Source: Candidatus Hydrogenedentota bacterium
Lineage (GTDB): Bacteria > Hydrogenedentota > Hydrogenedentia > Hydrogenedentales > SLHB01
NCBI GenBank assembly: GCA_963674865.2
Contig: CAXXYE010000004.1
Location: 352,001-416,000, forward strand
Length of the DNA stretch: 64,000 nucleotides
Reading direction: 5' to 3'
Part shown: positions 60,801 to 64,000 of the stretch, in pieces
Layout: each line of letters starts with the position of its first letter
Numbering within the stretch: position 1 is the stretch's first letter
Notes under the pieces: generated by a model
The model's database searches: none
Told to the model about the DNA's origin: nothing
What the model saw: only the letters and a program-made list of their open reading frames with translations
Made by a program: the position numbers and the translations under genes

Positions 60801-61529
60801 CTCATGGAATACCAGCTTGTTCACGAGGGCGTAGCAGGCAAACTTGGCGGCCCGTTCAAGGTTATCGCGCTCTCCCTCCTTGTCGGAGAGAATTACCCAG
60901 CCTTGGTCGTCCCGCATCCACTTGTCGAGTTCGCTCTTGAAGCGGGCCTTCTTGTAACGCTCGGACAATTCCCAATTCGTCAGCGCGATGGGCATTTGGA
61001 GCGCGGACTCGAGGGCCTCAATGAACTTCTCGTCGGGAGACTTCTTTCCGAGAGGGGCCGTCCCGCGCAGAATGGCGGCAAAGTCGTTTAGAAAGAGGGG
61101 CAGCCAATCCTTTATCGCCGTGATGGTCATTGGCATGTCCATGTGGGATTCCGCATGGACGCTTGTTACTCGCCAGGAGCGGTAGTCACGCTCGCGGAGC
61201 GAGTCCTTCGCGGGGGTCGTCTCCCAAAGAGCACATTCGTTGACGTTCCAGGTGAAGAAGAACTCTGACTTCGCGCGGGCCGCCTTCTTGCGGGCATCGT
61301 CAATTACCGACTGAACAAAGGGGCTGCCGCCGTCCTTGCGATAGGGAAGTTTGATCTCGCCGGTTAGGCAGACTCGATTGCTCTTGTCCAATAGGGTGAG
61401 ATCACGCCGCTTTTGGGAGCCTCGGGAGCGCTGTTCGCACTTGGCGGATGAGAAGGGAAGTGAATGGTCTTTGGACAAGAGGATGTTTATCCAACTTGCG
61501 ACTTCCGCCGTGAATTCCCATTCGTTCAT
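57855..61529 (-). CDS. Type IIG-like fused restriction endonuclease / N6-adenine DNA methyltransferase
   Basis: 1224 aa with N-terminal RRD...GEIK nuclease-like motif, GQFYT, DPACGGGTF (motif I), NPPY (motif IV) and a long C-terminal TRD-like region. Confidence 0.88.
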   Translation of the reverse strand: MNEWEFTAEVASWINILLSKDHSLPFSSAKCEQRSRGSQKRRDLTLLDKSNRVCLTGEIKLPYRKDGGSPFVQSVIDDARKKAARAKSEFFFTWNVNECALWETTPAKDSLRERDYRSWRVTSVHAESHMDMPMTITAIKDWLPLFLNDFAAILRGTAPLGKKSPDEKFIEALESALQMPIALTNWELSERYKKARFKSELDKWMRDDQGWVILSDKEGERDNLERAAKFACYALVNKLVFHEALLKRYGTRMDGLSVPEHIDTGDALRTHLEGSFARAKNTTGDYETVFGEEHHGIGNRIPFYADGAAPHWRVLISQIHEFDFSKLDYEVIGNIFERLIGPEERHKYGQFYTRVEIVDLINSFCIRRGDEKVMDPACGGGTFLVRAYARKRELAPARKHGQLLSDLYGVDYSSFAAHLTTINLATRDLVEAENYPQVVRKDFFDVVSDRPFVALPKRNTSNGLGNLQHREVTIAPLDAVVGNPPYIRQEGIPKAKRRGKGGPEPGTKEYYQKLVADEQGAILPGRSDIHCYFWPHAASFLKPDAYLCLLTSSQWLDVEYGFRLQEYILRNFDILAVLESIDEPWFVGARVATTVTILRRQLDEKKRMDNTVRFVQLRRPVAQIIAHDGTTAGAILAADAFRDEILSLKENTSNERYRARLVRQGALWDDGVKLGVIMGKSKDPGDEDSHSQTGEYYGGKWGVHLRAPDLWFQLLDDYGKRFAPLGELADVRFGVKSGKDCFFYPIDGSADCLANHTDPETFLITYGVPRCDVASGQLKLVKCGEGRGEIRPIEAQYLEPEVHSLMEVDRFSVEPEDCSRLILLAGEPREKLEGTHVLDYIKWGESRNFHTGATCASRVTQEREWYDLTGHQRGALFWPKSQQYKHAVPTNDANLQCNCNLYDVNLSAETPSRVMAGILNSSVTILSKFQFGRPVGVEGNFKTEVVDVNAMLVPDPRLGTSRQSEEIARTFSRLMRRRPVQFLSERRMREMAYRQAGKEEQLKDLSDECELDMDDRRALDDAVLQMLGVRSKRQRRELIDRLYAYLRDFFEWTRQKEEKAIANKKKAKRKGAARPEELASQVFQEMLEKEPGLFRHYDPDFIDAAKPYDTYELPQEGAPEPLHDLHIPHGVRFSNGKKRSVAILEVRSDAQVNLVVLVASTCRRGFVRIPYDDDECARVHTEYERFALHRERQVRAFIESRTADEEMQEKIYAVLMPMLLRGAD

Positions 61530-61733
61530 CGCGGGCGTCTCTCCAACCTCAGGGTTAGGACCGTCTTGTGATTCTCATTTGAGGCGGTAGCGCTGACTTG
61601 GCAGGAGTGCCCTACCATCGGCAGACGGAAGTATAGCACAACAAAGGACGTGGCCTGAGAGCGCTGCACCGTCACGGAGAGGACAGGAATCGTGGGAGTA
61701 TGGGCATAGGATGCTTGACATGCCAAGCTAGCG

Positions 61734-62060
61734 AAAGCTGGAACTCCGAACGCGTAGCGGGCGTGGGGAAAGTGTGTCGGCCGGCCGTTTGAACCACTAA
61801 GGCAGAAAGGCACGAAGGGCGTGTGAGGTGGGAGGATGTGGGGCGTGAGCCGCCTGGATGCGTTTCTTCTGACGGCGATTGAATCGTGTGAATCTTGTCA
61901 ATCCTGTCGATACATCTCCGGCGGGTTGGCCGCGAGGCGCTAAGCGTTGGGCTCGCTTGGTACGGTCCTCGTCTTCGCCGATGTCTGTCGGCTCGGATGT
62001 GGGGTGTGTAAAGGGTATCCAGCTAAAGCTGGAACTCCAAACGCGTAGCGGGCGTGGGGA
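61734..62060. repeat. 36-bp direct repeat pair (61734-61769 and 62025-62060)
   Basis: AAAGCTGGAACTCC(G/A)AACGCGTAGCGGGCGTGGGGA, one mismatch. Confidence 0.85.
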
Positions 62061-62563
62061 TATGAGAAACGGTTGCCTGGTTGAAATACTGGGCGCAGCG
62101 AGAGACGAGAGACAGATGTGTATCTGCGCGTCCGCGGTCGAGCGGGAGCTCGACCCTCCCGGGCTGTCGAATGCGCTGCCGAATTCCTGAAGTGAGCGGC
62201 CAGAAGTGCGGGCGCGGGGATGTCCGGAAGCAGATAGGTCGGTTGTGGGGTGCAAGGTGGCCTGCAAGCGGTGTGGAATGGGGGAGGGGGATGTCCGTAT
62301 CATCGGGGGAGTGGCGCGTCTGGGATGTGAGGATCGTGGAGCCAGAATCCGCACGTAAGCGTGGTCGTGCATGGGAAGCACGCGCGCCGGAGGCAGGCAG
62401 GATGCGCGCGCCACAATCTCCGGCGCGCTCGCCATTTGTCGGGAGCCGCTTGCCAGAGTTTCGAGAAGGGCCGTATTGCGGTGCGGGCTCTCAGCCTGCA
62501 TATTGCCGCGATTGGTGCGAAACCTGCCCGGCTTACGTGCGGATTTGGGTGGAGGGTGTTGTT

Positions 62564-63649
62564 TTGACTTCGCGGGAGCGTTGGTTGGCGGCGGTGCGGA
62601 TGGCGCCGGTGGATCGGTTGCCGTTTTGGCCGAAGCTGGATGGGTCGTATGCGAGGATGCAGCGGGCGCCATTCAGCGATATGGATACGGATGCGCTGCA
62701 TAATTGGATGGGCAGCGATAAGCATGTGGGACTGTCCGATTGCGTGGTGGAACGCCGGAAGCGTACCTCGCTGGACGTTGTCGAGGAGGACGGTACGCGG
62801 CGGACGTTCTTCACGGCACCGGCGGGCCGGCTGGAACTGGTGGAGGTATTTGATGGGCCGTCGCGTTCGTGGCATCCGGTGGCCCATCCGGTAGCGTCGG
62901 TGGATGACGTGGCGTTGATGACGGAATGGTATGAGGACATCACGCCTGAACTGGATATGGATGGCCTCGCGAAGGCGCGCGCCCGGGCGGCGAGCGTGGG
63001 GGAGGGGGGCGTGACGGCGATGGGCATCGGCACGTCGGCCCTGATGCACTGGGTGGAGTTCTTGGCGGGGATCGAGAACGCGCATTACCTGCTGATCGAG
63101 CATCCGGCCTTAGTGGCGGGGCTGTTTGACGCGATGCACCGCGTCACGCTGCGGCGAGCCGAGATCGCTTGTGAACATCATCCGGCGGACTTGCTGTATA
63201 TGGTGGAGAACACGTCGACGACGCTCATCTCGCCGCGCCAGTACCGCGACTTATGCTACGGCCACATTCGCGCGTATGCCGAGGCGGCGCGAGACGCGGG
63301 GCGGCTGCTGATTCTGCACATGTGCGGGCATCTCAAGGCGCTGCTGCCGGACTTGGCGACGCTAGCCGTGGCGGGTTTTGAGGCGTTCACATCGCCGCCG
63401 GTGGGCAATACCTCGTTCATGGACGGGCGGCGGGCTTGTCCGGAGACTTGCCTCATCGGCGGGACGAACGCGGTGCTGTGGACGAAGTCCGCGGAGGCGA
63501 TCATCGCGGAGATCGAGGCATCGCTCGACGCTTTGCCGCATCATCGGGGGCTGGTGGTGACGTCGGCGGGCGTGATGCCGCCGCTCTGTGCTCCGGAAAC
63601 CATCAAGGCCGTGGGCGACTGGGTGAAGACGTATCCGGTGAGGATGTAG
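62564..63649 (+). CDS. Uroporphyrinogen decarboxylase (UroD/MtaA-CmuA-like) family protein
   Basis: MTSRERWLAA...VDRLP start after GGAGG; LISPRQY, LHMCG and LIGG motifs. Confidence 0.85.
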   Translation: MTSRERWLAAVRMAPVDRLPFWPKLDGSYARMQRAPFSDMDTDALHNWMGSDKHVGLSDCVVERRKRTSLDVVEEDGTRRTFFTAPAGRLELVEVFDGPSRSWHPVAHPVASVDDVALMTEWYEDITPELDMDGLAKARARAASVGEGGVTAMGIGTSALMHWVEFLAGIENAHYLLIEHPALVAGLFDAMHRVTLRRAEIACEHHPADLLYMVENTSTTLISPRQYRDLCYGHIRAYAEAARDAGRLLILHMCGHLKALLPDLATLAVAGFEAFTSPPVGNTSFMDGRRACPETCLIGGTNAVLWTKSAEAIIAEIEASLDALPHHRGLVVTSAGVMPPLCAPETIKAVGDWVKTYPVRM

Positions 63650-63651
63650 CG

Positions 63652-64000
63652 TTGGCGTCACGGGGCTGGAAACCGGCGGATGAAGCGCTGAAGCCACTCA
63701 GGGGCGTGAGGGCGCTGACAAGGCGGTTTCGCCTGGAGGTCCGGGCGCTGTATCTGGCCTGCAAGGATTCCCGCACGCCCTGGTATGCGAAGGTGGTGGC
63801 GCTGTCTGTGGTGGGTTACGCGCTGAGTCCGGTGGACTTGATACCTGACGGCATCCCGGTTTTGGGCTACCTGGATGACCTCGTGATTGTCCCGCTGGGG
63901 GTGATACTGGCGGTGAGATTGATTCCCCCTGAGGTGCTGGCGGATTGCAGGGAACGAGCCCGGGAAGAGACTATCCGCAGGGGCGCCGCGGCGTGGATCG
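63652..64000 (+). CDS. YkvA/DUF1232 family membrane protein, partial
   Basis: Manual translation gives RTPWYAK...YALSPVDLIPDGIPVLGYLDD; start uncertain; runs off the window end. Confidence 0.85.
   Translation, partial: MASRGWKPADEALKPLRGVRALTRRFRLEVRALYLACKDSRTPWYAKVVALSVVGYALSPVDLIPDGIPVLGYLDDLVIVPLGVILAVRLIPPEVLADCRERAREETIRRGAAAWI

Noticed and set aside
61734..62060. 36-bp direct repeats as a CRISPR array
   Set aside because: There are only two copies, the gap is 255 bp and no cas genes are present.
62081..62563. N-terminal extension of the UroD-family ORF
   Set aside because: It runs through repeat-containing sequence; the family-typical start MTSRER with an RBS is at 62564.

Overview
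GC-rich bacterial chromosomal window, probably from an anaerobic, polysaccharide-using, flagellated organism (lineage not determinable here). It holds about 55 CDSs: a carbohydrate-modifying cluster (170-9261), Mrr and a large Type IIG-like restriction-modification fusion, a sigma54-controlled NifB/NifX-DUF89-fused MinD/ferredoxin ATPase operon, a housekeeping block (rnhA, hybrid kinase, DD-carboxypeptidase, rpe, PASTA protein, rsmB, fmt, ybaB), a flagellar block (fliM, fliN, fliA, fliK-like, flhB-like), and assorted enzymes. No rRNA, tRNA, CRISPR array, transposase, integrase or reverse transcriptase was recognised. The standout non-coding feature is at 10530-12010. A GxxExxY (PD-(D/E)XK-like) gene is boxed by 40-bp inverted repeats. 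On its own strand it is followed by about three tandem ~339-bp units running up to mrr. Each unit carries two hairpins built from 9-nt-periodic motifs and a junction that lines up with the GxxExxY stop codon. One of these motif families reappears in inverted orientation on both sides of the Type IIG R-M gene. Three single-base frameshifts, two of them in G runs, suggest long-read assembly errors.
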